DNA from: Saccostrea cucullata
Lineage: Eukaryota
NCBI RefSeq assembly: GCF_032062105.1
Contig: NW_026941041.1
Span: forward strand, 62,001 to 126,000
Reading direction: 5' to 3'
DNA: 64,000 bases
Shown: piece after piece, positions 38,057 through 52,252 of the stretch
How positions within the stretch are numbered: position 1 is the first letter of the stretch
Layout: each line of letters begins with the position of its first letter
Made by a program: the position numbers and the translations under genes
The notes under the pieces: generated by a model
Databases searched by the model: none
Seen by the model: only the letters and a program-made list of their open reading frames with translations
What the model was told of the DNA's origin: nothing

Positions 38057-40465
38057 GATTTTACCTACAAATTGCTTCTTCTCACCGGGCCTTGCTCAGT
38101 TTCTCAGGGAGGTAAATAAGGTCACATCAGGTCAACCGTGAAATGGCGCAATCAGCTATTTTTAGTTAGAGTTGTCTTCCTTCGGTCTGTTCACTGATTT
38201 GTTTTGAACGTAGTTTATTGATATCAATCAAAAGGATTGGAAACAAGTTCTAAATAACTTAGTGAATTCCTCTCCTTATGTTGACTGAATTACGAACTTT
38301 TCTATAAGCAGCCTTATCGGATTTTTTTAGATTTATTAGCTTTCCTATGAAGACGGTTTCTTTTCCTTATTGTTTTACGTAACATTGAATCCATCCATGG
38401 TTTGTCACGAGGGCGAATGGTTATAGTTTGTTCAGGTATGCATTCATGAACACAGGAAAGGAATTCACTGTTCACTGATTGAACGTTATCTGAAAATCTC
38501 TGTTTTGAGAAGGAGAACTAATAAAAGCAAACCCCGTTTTATTTTTGCGATGATCGATGGAATTATGATCAATTTTATTCGGTCATTCTGCAATTTTTTT
38601 TTTCGTGTTCACTACTTTTTGTAATCCATCTTGGCGTATTTGTTTTGATAAAGATCAAACCATGATTCTTGTAAAATGAGCAGCCAGCCAGAATGTTTTC
38701 TAATAACATAGCAAAGTTTACATATGTTACTTGAAACGTTCGTAGTGTCCATTTCTGTAACTCTCCGAAAAAAAAAAATATATTGATAGTCCGGTCTATC
38801 AAAAAAAAAAAAGATATATTTTTTTCGGAGAGCTACAGATCTGCAGCTACCATTTATATTGACACGTCGACTGGAGTAAACTTTGTAAAGAAGGGTTACA
38901 TGAAAAAAATACACTGTTTGAGATTCGTTTGTTAATTTTATCAGAAAAAAATATTTTCAGATTTTGATTAATATGGAGGGAGAAAACGAATTCAACGCTT
39001 TTTTCCCTCGAAAAATCCGATGATGAAATTGTCACATATTATATTATTAATTTCCTAATGCCCTAAAATCATCAATGCCGATGATCTATTTGTATTGATT
39101 TTTGTCCCATTCAATCAGATTTCTGAGCAAAAAAAATGTTTGACCTATTTTATATACATTAGGGCATTAAGCAAAAAACTCGGTGTGAGATCCTTTAGAT
39201 GCTGTAAGTGAAAAAAAAAATAACCGGATGTACTGCAGGTAAAGAAAAGTTTCTGTGCTCTATTTATGTATACCATTATACAGATTGAATTCTTAATAGG
39301 CTCTGTGAATATGTGAATAGAATGCACTGGTCTATTCATTTTCGCAAACCACGGGACCGAAGATAAAAGTGTAAATTATGTAAGTAAATTATGTAAGTAA
39401 AGAGCTTAATTGTTTAAATGCATAATTCCGATGCTTAAAGTGCCAATTAAAATACTGGCTATTTATAGGATACTTTTGAATTCTAAGTCAGGGAAATTCT
39501 TTTACATGATGTATATTAAGTATACAGTAAAGAAAATGTCTTCAATGAAGATACCCAAGAAGGAGTTATTGTCCGTATCATTTTTTTCTTACAGATTGAA
39601 AATAAAATACATAATAAAAGATATACAATAAAAATTTCTTTACTTAACAATATCTTTTTTTATAAACCATTGAAAACACTCTGCAAAAAATAATGTTCTA
39701 TTGTGAATGATATTAAATTTATTACAGTTTTTGCAATATCCTATGACATCACAGGAGGCCGATGGATAAACATGCACCTCAGTTAACATATCAATCACCA
39801 TAGGTACAGGTATTTCAACGGATACTCCACAGGTGATAATAGGACGCGTACTACATGTACAAGGTGAGGTTGGATACTTCTTGAGATAACTCACCCTTAA
39901 GCAAGTATTTCTGCTGACATTGGATTTTAATAAGTTTATGTATATACATGTATATAAATATGATAAGTATAATGAATTTTTGGTTGAAATTTTTTTTTAT
40001 TCCTCTTTTCAGTTCATTTTCCTTAATAGAAAGAGCAATTCAAATCGACATATATAATGAACATTGACACCCCCCCCCCACCACCATCACTACTACCACC
40101 ACCAACACCAAACAACCCATTAATTTTAACGATGTAAAGTTTACTGTAGAAAACATACTTGTAGCTACTTCATACATGCACGTGTCCCTTCGATAACTAC
40201 CGATGACCTTTTTTCGCTTATAGAGGTATTTTTGATTGGTAGTCCACCCCCCACCCCCCCCCCTTCGCGCCCTGAAAACATTTGAATGTTCTCCTCCGAA
40301 CTGACCTTGCTTTCTACGAGCCTGTTACCAGGGCCACTAAGTAATAGGGTAATCATTTCAAATTAGGACTAGATATGCGAAGTACTATGTATAATCTTTT
40401 AACAATAAAAGAAAATCAACTGAATATAAATTCCTTTGACATTTATTCCTTTTTCAGACAAACAA

Positions 40466-41849
40466 TTACAAACGTCCCCAGACAATAACCTCCGCCACGG
40501 AGAGGTAGTTGTTCCACCCCTCCACAATCTGTATCTCAACATAACGACCGAATGTGTTGTACGGACAAAACACTGCGATCCGCTCCCCACCTCTGGTAGA
40601 GGGTCCTGTAAAGTGGCCACATAGATGCATGGCGTGTAGATCATTGCCTACACGTATATCTACGTCATGAAGCCGTTCAGCTGAAGAAAAAATATTGATA
40701 TAGCAAATAAATGTTTGATGTTATCAAAGCTAAAGAGATAGAGGAAGATGAGATTTTATAATAAATAATTATTTGATTCTAATATTGATCAGAATTTGCA
40801 TTTGAAGGCTATTGCATGATATAGTATATCCGTGGATTTAATTTAATATATTTACAATAAGAACTGTAACATTTGACAATTGTATGATGTAAAATGTTCT
40901 ATTTAAGGAATCACTGTCTAGTTAGTATAGTATGCCAGGACATCGACGATAGTGGGAAACATTAGATTTGCGAAGCCCGTTATGAATAACATATCCCATG
41001 TTGAAGCCCGTTATACAAATTATCCCATGTTTCCCATGATGTCCTTGGCATACTTTACTATCTAGACAGTGATTATTTATATTTCCATTTCATTGTGAAA
41101 TAAAATTGTAAATTTAGACTTTAAAAATGTAGAGATAGATTTAATTTACACGAGGACTCCCATGCCTATTTTAATAGTCCTCGCCCACTGACGTCAAACA
41201 CATTGGCATCCGCACGAGATTTACAAGCATATTTGGCCTCCTTAGCGTCAGACACAGAGACAGATGCGCATGAGATTTGCATGCATATTAGGCCTCCTTA
41301 GCTCCTGATCTATCAACCTGCCTAGTTTACATTCTGGTAGAGTTATGAAGAAATCAACTCCGCTAGCTTTCAAAGAGTTATCACAGAGAAAAAAAATTAG
41401 AAATGGAAATATATACAATAACATGTCGTTGTAACAAACACTAATTACATAAAAGTTAAATAAAATATTTCAAATAATTATTGGACAAGCCCCAAAATGC
41501 TGTTTAATTTTAAAAAGTAAAAACATTGGCTATCGACAAGTGTAAATGAAAGCTTAGTAAACCTACGGCAACAATCTCTCCTGTTAAATACTTCTACTTC
41601 ATGAACTGTGTAGTTCCTTCCCAGATCGATTCTTATCCATGGATTTTTTTCTAGTTTCGTATGGGTGAAGTCCGTGAAGACACCATTGACGGCATAAGAC
41701 GCTGGTATATGGTGATAAGTTGAGCTCTGTCTTGCGAATTTACCATACGCCACATTCTTTAAATTACGCGGAAGACGGTGACCCATCGTGTTTTGGATAT
41801 CACAGATGAAAGCCAAAAACAAGACCGATAGCAAAGAGCAAATCACCAT
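40466..41849 (-). CDS. F-type lectin (fucolectin), paralog A (165 aa)
   Basis: Exons 41849-41567 and 40680-40466. Signal peptide; NVAYGK..QSS; exact H-x26-R-x-D-x4-R motif (RRDCCPER); GRYV; LSVAEVIVWG. Confidence 0.92.
40903..41081. mobile_element. Long hairpin element (Crypton-like) in the lectin intron
   Basis: TTAAGGAATCACTGTCTAG...CTAGACAGTGATTATTTATA inverted arms. Confidence 0.55.
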
Positions 41850-42456
41850 TATGATATTGTTAAAAAAATCTAGGGATGATCTTCCTTGCGTTTGTCTTTT
41901 TTTGTAACTAAGTGTCGTGATTTTTTTCACAACAATAGTTATTGTTGACAAATGCACGGGTGATCGTACATGTAACAGGTGTGAGCATTATTTTTATTGC
42001 ATTTATCAGTAAGGGGAGACTTGTAACCAGATATATGTACTAAAACTTAAAACCGAAACGTGCAGCATGCACTATGTAAAATAATAATAAAATCTCTATA
42101 ATACATCTTAATGTATTTAAATAATATCAAAATAACTTGCAAAATTAAGTTTTGTTCTGTAAACATGTATATAGGGAGTTCTGATAAAAGTTCCCCCAAG
42201 CCCTTTGATTTATAACTACATGTACTAAAAATTGGTCGCAGTTAAGGAAAAACACATGAGGAACTGTTGAATAAAATATTCTTCAAGTGGGATAAAACAT
42301 ATTTGATTACTTCAAACCCCCAAGGTTATTTTCAAAAATTTAAAATCACATAATTTTACCTTAATAAAAATCATAGAAAAGTGAAACTTTCCAACACTCT
42401 ATTTAAGCCTTCCCAATTAAAAATTAAAAGTCCTGGCTTCTTGTCACCACAGACAG

Positions 42457-42810
42457 CTTTTTTGTCCTCCGCTTTCGCGAGAGCGAGTGGACATTGAATC
42501 TCATTTGTCTGTCCGTAAGTCTGTGCGTCCGGCACAAAAACTTTAACCTTGTCCATAACTTTTGATTTAGTAGAGCTATAACTTTCATATTTCACATTCC
42601 TTGAAATATAGAAATAAATAGAGAAGAAATATGGCTTTCATATTTGACATGTGCATTATCTATGACAAGATATTTCCGAGCATGCTTTGATTTCTGACCC
42701 ATTGACCATTACCTTTACGATTGACCTTATTTTTAAAAAAAATCAACTTTGATGATATTTTCTGAAGAATGTCATATGATAGGGTTTCATATTTGAATAT
42801 TTACATTTGC
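42457..42810 (-). mobile_element. Degenerate HINE-type element
   Basis: T-run, hairpin cgctttcgcgagagcg, tgtctgtccg microsatellite, then diverged internal repeats (tttcatattt). Confidence 0.5.
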
Positions 42811-43035
42811 TGATGTCTTTCCTTATATAACAATGCTAAAAAATTAAATTCAATATTCAATGACATGCAGTTGGTCCCATGATCAGACTTTCTTGATTAT
42901 AAAAAACGAACCGCACGATCCATTTGAAAAATTCCGATTGTGACGTCACATGACGGCGAAGATCTTGCATTTCCAAAGCGAAGTCTAAATAATGCTATAT
43001 TTCTTTGTAACACGACAAAAAACGTCAAATACAAG

Positions 43036-43198
43036 TATAAGAAATAAAATATCAATTTTAGAGTTTCATTGGGTATGCCATAAGTCGGTACGTGATCAAA
43101 TCTACTATAACGCCCTTCGGGTGTAATAGAATTTGATCACGTGACCGACTTCATGTCATACCCCAATGAAACTCTAAAAATGATATTTTATTTCTTAA
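43036..43198. mobile_element. Long hairpin element (Crypton-like)
   Basis: TATAAGAAATAAAATATCA...TGATATTTTATTTCTTAA, about 75-bp arms around a cccttcggg loop. Confidence 0.6.
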
Positions 43199-43659
43199 CA
43201 CAATATGTCATAAAAATGACATCTGACCCACAAAGACACCGAAAGCGGGGGGGGGGGGTGGGGGGCACAATTCTTTGAATTTGCGTCTAAATAAAAATTT
43301 TCATTAATCAATTACAATAGTTTGTTATTTAAGAACATTCTGACTGTCCACAAAAGTTCTCCTCAGATAATACCGGTTATTAAAAAGATGATTGAGTTTC
43401 TGATTGCCTTTATCTATGTAAATTTTGGAGATCGTCTTCCAACAATATGATGGTCCAGAAATTTTCATAGGTACCAACTGCGCTCCATTATTATCAGACT
43501 TCACACTTGGAGCAGAATGCATTCAGAAACCTATAAATGAGAAGTAGAAAACATTGCAGTGGCTTTCTCTCGAAATTTAGATACATCAAAGCATTATTAA
43601 ATAATAATGTTCATTAAAATTCTTATTTTATTTCAATGTATCGATATCTCTCTGAACTC

Positions 43660-44030
43660 GGAATAAACATTTCAAAGAATCTGAGACATCTTTTCCCACA
43701 TTTGGATGTTTTATCAGAAAAAGAGTTCAGTGGTAACCGACACATCTTTAGGATAAAAAGTGATTACTTTTATATTTATATCGTCAATTTCCCTTACTTA
43801 AGGGTACGAGTATGAAGCAATATACCCTTATAAACTGCACGGGGTTTAAGACTCTCATAATTAATTGCCTGACGTCACGGCGTCAGGCTGTATAAGGATT
43901 GATATTTCTGAGGTGCGAGGAGAAGAGGTCACAGTTAGCCAGCAAAATTTTGTGCATGCTGATTATCACTGGAATTTGTTACCTCCGTTTCAACAAAACA
44001 TTTAGCAGAAAAAAATAACCATCTTACTGA
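43660..44030 (+). pseudogene. Degenerate Penelope-like RT fragment
   Basis: DKSDYFYIYIVNFPYL at about 43753-43800 resembles the YDKRDDFNFxIVNFPxL motif; heavily decayed. Confidence 0.45.
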
Positions 44031-44514
44031 TACAATATATTGATGTGTTTATTTCCTTTAGTTTTGTTGCATGCAGCTGTTTATTTCATGCGATTTCATA
44101 TATACGGACATGTCCGTTTGACCTTTTTTCTGCGTTTCTGTACTATTGGATGAGTCCATTTGTCTTCTAGGTAAGGGGTGTCACAATCATCGTGCATCAA
44201 ATGCCACGTGTATATCTTCGCGCCCTTTTCCTGGATGATTCTACTGCACTGAATGGAAATGAAAACCTCAAGTCTGTTCTTTTTATCGGGACCCCCCCCC
44301 CCCCCCCCCCCCCCCCCACCCCACCCCCCACCCCCCAGTTTTCAGAGATAAAATTCTTCCTCCTATAGAACACAGAAAATAGATTTCCTAAAGGAAAAGT
44401 GTCCCTCCTACTCCAGGACTGAGGAATATAAGGAACCGCCGTCAAGTTCGTTGAGTCAATTATGCGTAACGGGCTGTTTCCAACAATCGTTGATGATCTG
44501 GCATACCCAACAAT

Positions 44515-45030
44515 TAGCTGCAGATCTGTAGCTCTCCGAAAAAATATTGATAGACCGGAGAGCTACAGAGCCACCCATTGAAAAAACTGTACATTTTTTT
44601 GCGCATAAAAAATGCGCTCGGTTCTCGATTTATTTCTCCATGTTTTTAGAGACGTAATTTCAAAATATTACTAACCGTGTGTTCCTAACATATTCTTTGA
44701 CTCTTTCCACAACAAAACATTCCTCAAAATTGTTGTTAATAGTCCTCCTTATCTCTCGCTTATTTATACTGCCATTTTGGTTTCAAAGATAATTCGGTCC
44801 AATATGCTTCGTTCAGATGTCATCTACGAAAGAACTTGATAGAGGAGAGAGCAATTTTTTGAAATCTTCCATTTTTTGCAATTGAGGTAAGAATTTGGAA
44901 AAATTTATCAAGAATCGAGCGCACTTTTTTGTGCGCAATAAATATACAGTTTTTTCAATGGGTGGCACTGTAGCTCTCCGGTCTATCAATATAATAATAT
45001 TTTTTTCAGAGAGCTACAGATCTGCAGCTA
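44515..45030. mobile_element. MITE with TAG...CTA termini and 10-bp TSD (AcademH-like)
   Basis: TIR TAGCTGCAGATCTGTAGCTCTC; TSD ACCCAACAAT at 44505-44514 and 45031-45040. Further copies at about 38755-38849 and 50538-50628. Confidence 0.85.
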
Positions 45031-45249
45031 ACCCAACAATCTAGTACTTAAACATATTCTTCATGTTGATCATAACGATTCATTTATTTCTTGTAGCTAT
45101 CATATTCTCAGCTGTCTTCCTGGTAGTCTATGCAGTTGAATCTAATTCTAAATTTTAATTTTAAAATTAATACATAGACACGGCTTTCCAGCATACATTA
45201 ATTCATTAGTTCATTTCCCTTATCTACATCTTCTAAAACCATTTATAGT

Positions 45250-45435
45250 GTTGCGGAATGAGGAGTTGAGCTTTACGTCGCGGGTTCGAATCCACTGCAG
45301 GACGTGGAGATCGGTCATTAGGATGAGACCGTTTAAAAGTCGCAGTATGTGTAAGCAAGAAAAAAGATTACATGAAACTGCTCATTGGTCTTGAGTTCCA
45401 AGTACTCCACAGGCGTCCTTATACAACAAACGAAA
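45250..45435 (+). mobile_element. Degenerate tRNA-derived SINE
   Basis: B-box GGTTCGAATCC at about 45283, then a taggatgagaccg body and an A-rich tail. Confidence 0.5.
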
Positions 45436-46301
45436 AACAGTCCAAAACCAATTTTTAAAACATACAAAATATATACCTTTTAAATAAAATCTCACTGTTC
45501 CTTTTCCATCAGACACGTAGCAACAGAGGGGGGGGGGGGGGGGGCTGTCCCCCCACTATTTTCCCAACCTTACTTTTACTATATATTGGAAATGTTAATT
45601 CTCTAGCTGCTCCCCCAACTTTCAAAAACGAGGCTGTCCATTGCTTTCATGAGTAGCAAACAACTTTAAATTAATGAATGATGTTTTGTTCGACGTCATC
45701 ATAATTTACTCTTATGAAATAATTACCCCTCACCCCAATGTAAACGTTAATATAAATAACTTATCATGATAATAGGTTCAATAGATATTGATTGCATTAG
45801 TCAGGCAAGCTTTTTTGAAAAGCTATTACTTGTTAATTAATTATATATACGCAAGAGCATAGTCTACGTATGGACACATTTTAAGTTCAAGGCAATCTAC
45901 TGACAAACAAGTCTGGTTTAATGTAATAACTTTGCAAGATCTATGGTCAATTTAATAACCTTGCTAGCAAATGGAATCTGCATAAGCACCTGATCCCACC
46001 TTTGATTGTTTTAATAGACTTTGAAACATGATTTTCATTTTTTGTCATCACATTCCATTTGATTTTTCCCGTTAAGATTTTCCTGAGACATGAAATCTTA
46101 GATACTAGATATCAATTAATATGAATATTAATAATAAAGGTTCATAGTTTTTAAGTTTTCTAACAAACTATAAAAAACGACAATCTTTATTTCAATTCCT
46201 TCAAATTATTTAAGATTTTCTTGTTTTGTTTTTGTTTTGTTTTTTTTTTTTGCTCTTTTGACAACGTTCTTGATGAATCATAGCCAATAAAATGTAAAAG
46301 T

Positions 46302-46822
46302 AACTAGAAAGTCTGCTATTGCAAGCAATAGAGCGTGTGTCGCCCCGAACTAGACAAGACTTTAATTTTTTCATTACTTAAACAATATCCATTAGCTAAG
46401 CTTGGACAACCATCAACTCGTATCAGTCCTTTTGGTACTTTGATTTAAAAATCAAGGTTAAAGCATTTTCACTTTTCTCCAGTTTCCCTGGCAACAATTG
46501 ATATAAAATTTGCAATTTTTAAATGAAGCACGTACAATTACAGATACTAATCATTAAATCAATAAAGTTTCTTCATGTTCATGACGAATGTCCAATGGAC
46601 CAGAGAGAACACTCTCGGACAACATTTGTCGCTTTTTGCAGGTTTTCATGGCGACGGTAGCCATTTTGAAACTGAATGACCACACAACACAACTACAACT
46701 AGTGATACTCCTTTGAGGAAAGTTTCAGGAATATTGTCCCTGCCATCTCCGAGAAACAGCCCGAGGAACAAAAAACATGCGTATAATCGCAATATGTCGC
46801 CCGACTTCGTTGGGCGTTTAAT
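46302..46822 (+). mobile_element. HINE-type non-autonomous element
   Basis: aactagaa start; 3' hairpin cgcccgacttcgttgggcg preceded by an A-rich tract. Confidence 0.45.
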
Positions 46823-48166
46823 ATGTTGATTACCGTATAAGCAGAAATTTAGCAAGAGTTACATTTGACATTCTCTGCAAGGTTGTTGAGTTTGTTAAAA
46901 TTTAACATCGCTTATAATTCAATCCATCAAAATATTACCTTTCTATATGCATCATAAAAATTTCTAAAATAACTTCTCGCTTAATTTAATACACTTGGCT
47001 TGAAGAGTTTGGAGTGCATTTTATTCATTCCCAACAATGCTTCAACACTGGAATTAAATTCTAAACCTCATTATTAGGCGGAAGCCGCCTTTTACTTTTG
47101 CATGCTTTGTTGACCTTTCGACCTCTCAAGATGTTTGCCCCGCTTCATGGTACTCCAAACGGATGTATCTTAAACTAAGGGCAGACAACCCGCTTAATCA
47201 TATTTGACCCCTTCCCAATCTTTATCGTTATTATCAAATCAAAAAGCATGTGTTATGGCGAATTTATTTTAACAATTTATTTTGATTAATGTAAAAATGT
47301 CCAATAAAAATAATAGCCTAATAATAGAACGAATAGTTACTTTGTTACTGCTGATACGTTTCACGTTTGAGAGAAGAACGAACGACAACTCTGTATGTCT
47401 AAACATAAACAAATCGGGTTCAACATTTGATTAGCACGGGGTACTGAAGCGATCTTTAGAAATACTACGAGAGACAAAATAGTTCAAGTAGGTAATTATG
47501 TTTAAGAACTAATGACAGGTACATAGCTACTGAGGAACTTATCTTTTTAATAATTTTGTATGAAATAGAAGAAAAGAGGTATGTAACTCCTTTTATCAAT
47601 TGTGTACTTCATTCGCGTAATAATTAATCTAACATATAGACGATTCAGCGTGAAATTATTGTCAACAAACCCACTTGGAGCACAAATGATTTACAATGAT
47701 TGACTGGAAGTGACAGGCCTTCTCTTCAAAATACATAAGGTAACTCACGCTGTGTGATTAGCCTATCTTTTATTGTCGCCCTTATCTTTGATTGTTTTAA
47801 CCTGAAAATGTCGCCTCCCTATGCAGGCATGCTTTAGACATGTTAGATATCGCAATATGATAGCTGTTATGGTCGGGTCTTATCGAACGAACTGGTACTC
47901 TAATTACCATGATTACATGCATGGGAGAAATTATTTGAGGAATTATCATACCGAGTTTGTGTATACATTTATATATCCTTTCTCATTTAATATTAATACA
48001 TGTATGTTGAAGGATGGGCCAAAACTGTAAAATCTGGACAGAAATTCAAACGCAAGCATAAGAACTACGTTGTGTTTTGTATAGATGTGTCCCTGCTACG
48101 GAGGCAGCTAACAGAAAGGGGATATAATTAAGATTGCATTGTGGATTTGTCTTGTTCCACCTCTAA

Positions 48167-49546
48167 ATGGCAGAAGAAAACTCAACTCAGCACAACCAGA
48201 AACACTTTTCTGAAGGTGAGTACATCAATTTATTATATTTCTAGATAAGTGGAAAAAAATTTTCGTAACTTATGATACATATTTTTTTATAGCATAACAA
48301 ATCATCTTGTTTTGATGGCAAAACTGAACCGAATACTATTTTTGAAAGTATATTTTGACTTTTCTAATTTTTGTTGACTTATTTTCTTTTCATTTTTTTT
48401 TTAAATACATGCAAATACATGATTACTTATAATAGTAGGCTTTTGAAAGAGAAAACAAATACAAAAAAGTATTAGAGAAGTCAAATCAGTCAATATTTAT
48501 CATGTTTAATAATCGCTTACTCGATATCTGACTTTTTCATTACATGTACAGACAATTATGAATTCCATTGGAAATAATTTTTGGTACGAAAATTAGTTAT
48601 TAAATAAAACACAAATGCACAATACACCCAAAATTACAAAAGGTTGTTTTAATTGGATCTATTTGAAAAACTGCTGTGTACACATGTAGGTTATATAACT
48701 AGCGAAAGAGAGGGGACATATGTTGTTGGTCAGGATCGCTAGTCTTATATTGTTGGTTAGTCTTATATTATTTCATTTGTTGGTTGTTTCCAGTATATTT
48801 ACACTAAACTAAATACTACACAAGTTCACTTTCCGCAGTTTTGAATCTTTTCTTATTTCTATATACCCACTTCACTCTTGAAGTTGGTATAGTGGCATTA
48901 ATTTCTTTGCATGTCAGATTTCACTGAATGAATGAATGTAGATCAAGGCGATAACGGGTGTTTTACAGCTAGGTGTAGATGAAGACATGCTAATTACCAT
49001 TTGCATGTTTTAGTTATAATTGATAAGTTTCTGATAAAAATGTGTACCTTGTAAAAAGAAATAATACACATCCGAGTAAACGAGTAACTTTTTTTTAGTA
49101 TTCGATACTTGGACCTTAGATCGCGTACCCGGTAAAGTTGACTTCCCTAGAAAATATATTAAAATAACCGGTATATCATAAAAGGTTATTTGAAGTCCTT
49201 GATTTCATTTATTGAAAGTCAGATACATAATGTGAAATAATTTTTGTTAAATAAACATTGTGAGATATTCTTAATTTTTTTTTTTCAATTATACACTTTG
49301 TAGAAAATTCTGCCAAGAGACAGTTGTGAAGGGAATCGTGTAGATAATCTCCAGAAAAGAAATCACCACTGATATTGGGATGTATGTACCAATATTTTAA
49401 TACAATCATCAAAGACAAATTTTTCCACAGGAATAAAAATAAAACTGTCTGGCATTCAAGGGCCTGCCATGGTAGAAGCTCTCCTGAAAAAATATTCCAT
49501 TTATTGTGGACATCATGACACAGGGTTCACCTGTCATCAGCATTAA
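48167..49546 (+). CDS. Candidate two-exon 54-aa microprotein
   Basis: Exon 48167-48215 (AG|GTGAGT donor) joins in phase to 49431-49546 (tttttccacag acceptor): MAEENSTQHNQKHFSEGIKIKLSGIQGPAMVEALLKKYSIYCGHHDTGFTCHQH. Confidence 0.4.
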
Positions 49547-51149
49547 AGACTTGTGTGATTTGTTCTACCTGGGCCATACATGTATTGAATGAAAACTATT
49601 CATAGAACCACAAGAACATTGTAAATCTATGTAAGGTCTTCTGTGTATGTTGTATTCCTTATATAATTTACTGTTTTATAACAAGACTTTGTTTCATTGG
49701 ACAGACCAGGTACTAAAACTTAATACATGTACACATACAAAACCAAAAAACAGTTGTGATATTTATTGTTTTTTATTACTCATTAGTTCTCATTTTTGTG
49801 TGAAATTTTATAATTTTCCATTTCTTGTTCCCCAAAACCATATCTTACAAATGTTAGGGTATATTCGGGTAATTCCGGACAGCGGGTAATTCCGGACAGA
49901 AATAAAATGCCTCTGTTTTATGTTATCGTCAATGAAAATCGTCTTATTTTCTCTGAATTGTGTGTATCATTTTGGAAAATAAAACCTTTATTCTTTTCTA
50001 TCATATTCATTTTTAATCAAAGGGAATTCCCGATTATTTAGCATGACGTCAATAAAATGACCTTTGCACTTTCTGTTTTGTTGTTGTTGTCGATTTGCGG
50101 GAAAATTCAACTTGCTTACACCAGAGACCAGAGTGAAAAAACTACGAAACAAGTAAGTATTAAATGAAAATATTTTAATAACCGTAATATTTTAGTTCAA
50201 AGAAGTTAAACATCGAAAAAATTTATGTTATATTATATTTTTATGTCAAATTTTAACTTAAAATGAAAAAAATAAAATGTCCGGATTTACCCTACCAAAA
50301 AAATTAAGTGAGGGTAATTGCGGACATAGTTAAATTGTGTTCTTTTAGCATTTCTATGTGATTTATTTTCATCTGGGCCTACATTAAATCTATAAGATTA
50401 CGAAATTCTAAACTAGGCCTATTTGAATTAGTTGTTTACATAATATCATACATAATAAATTAATTTCAAGAATGTATTATGCTGTATCAGTGTATGCTAC
50501 AGAGACTCATGCAGAGTCACGCACTGGGGGAAAAGGGTCGCTGCAGAACTGTAGCTCTCCGAAAAAAAAGATCAGCCTATTGACAGACCGGAGTATGTAT
50601 TTTTTTTCGTATAGCTACAGTTCAGCTAGGGAAAACGTGTGAGGGGGCTCTTAAACTAAAATTCTCGGGCACAGATAAAGCATTTTAAAAGCTTTCATAA
50701 TCATCAACTCGTGTGTGCGCAGGTGTGGGTGGGTGATGTCCGTTACAGTTATCTACTACAAAATGTATCTACTAAAAAAAAATGAAATACTGATTATTTA
50801 AAAAAAAATAAAACAGGGGCCAAAATGCGAGTTGGGCGAAGAGAAAATCAAATCCATAGTAACATGACGGGACAGTCATAAAGTGGAAGAGCTCAAATAT
50901 ATTTAATACTCTGTTCTGCCCCCCCCCCCCCCCTTTTCCCCTATAAAGCAGCTCTTTTTTAAGAGTGAGTGATGATATAATATTTTTTTTTACAATTTAA
51001 ACGTACAAAATAAGGTGCCTATAATACGCTGGAAATATTTATTTAAAATTATACTTATGAATTACTCAAATCTACACACCGTGACACGCTTAAACATAAT
51101 AAATTCTTCCTACATCTTATCCATTTCAGTTCTATACATTTCCGCAGAG

Positions 51150-51530
51150 ATGCCAATTTTAGTCATCCACAACTTATGGGCCGTCGGAATGCACCACTGG
51201 GGACCTAAAGAATTGGCAGTGGGGGCAGGGTATAAGCTCCAACATGAAGAAAATAATCCATATGATTGTAATGCGACGGCAATATTAGACGGGCCAAATA
51301 AGAAGGCATATTTAAAACGGACAGATGCCAAAATAGTATCGTCTTTGTTTACTATTGTACCAGGGTCAAAATGGTTATTAAAACCTAAAGAGGTCCCAGT
51401 AGTACTGAATCAACGTGTTGGTCCACAACAGCGATGTTCGATAGGCTGCAGGATTTCGGACGATTCTGTACTTCAACGAGTTGTCCACGAACTTGATTCT
51501 TCAAATATCATTTATGAGATCAAATATTAA
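51150..51530 (+). CDS. Stand-alone HIRAN-domain protein (126 aa) inside the transposon
   Basis: AVGMHHW...YKLQHEENNPYDCNATAI...KAYLKRTDA matches the HIRAN pattern (G..., L..E..NPYD.NA, Y+.R). ATG is 2 nt after acceptor ttccgcag; AATAAA at 51562. Confidence 0.8.
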   Translation: MPILVIHNLWAVGMHHWGPKELAVGAGYKLQHEENNPYDCNATAILDGPNKKAYLKRTDAKIVSSLFTIVPGSKWLLKPKEVPVVLNQRVGPQQRCSIGCRISDDSVLQRVVHELDSSNIIYEIKY

Positions 51531-52252
51531 AAGTAAATGACTGTGTGATATTATTTAATTAAATAAAATTCCGAGAATTCTTTTTTTTCTTCATTCAATC
51601 GAAAACATATAGGGAATGAAGCTTATTCCTTATTATTAAGTGTAGACAATGAGATTTTTTTTTCTTCCGGAAAAGGCTTCAAATTTTACACATTTTCAAA
51701 GTTATGTCAAGCGGAGTTATATGTTTTTGACGTATTAAACTCATTGTAACGTACATGTAGGCAAGTTATGTTATACAAAATGGGGAGGGGGGATGCACAA
51801 ACGTGTCGGTATGCTGGATAACAACTTAAATTTTTCGCTTCCAGCATTCGAGCTCAGGCACCCCCCCCCTACTTTTTTACTAATTCTATAGAAATGTTAG
51901 TTGAAAGTATTGTTCCCCCCCCCTGTTAGTGATGTGCGCAAAAATGTAGTAAAAAAGTACAAAAATTGGTCCTGACAGTAGTTGACACCCCCCCCCCCCC
52001 CCGAAATAGGATTTTCGACTTAGGGCAATCCCCCCGCCCTTTTTTTTTTGCTTGACAACATTTTCAGGTAAGTTAAATTTTTTTCTTCTTTTCTCCCCCC
52101 CCCTCACCACTTTCACGATGTTACGTGCCTGGATCTGAAAATCAATCTGAATTTAACCACAATTTCTCGGCTATTTCAGATGAAAATAAATCACATAGTA
52201 CTCATTTTACATATCATTCAATAGAACATAAGGTTAAATATTTTTACAGAAC

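Noticed and set aside
37605-38859. CCATTTATAT direct repeat as the TSD of an element capturing USP exon 1
   Set aside because: No matching TAGCTGCAG left TIR follows 37614; likely a chance match in AT-rich DNA.
44291-44337. Poly-C/poly-G tracts (also about 34507, 45527, 51988) as G-quadruplex regulators
   Set aside because: Most are associated with MITE interiors and are error-prone homopolymers; there is no independent support.
51015-51149. N-terminal 45 aa of the 171-aa ORF
   Set aside because: GTG start in AT-rich, intron-like sequence ending in an acceptor; the domain begins at ATG 51150.
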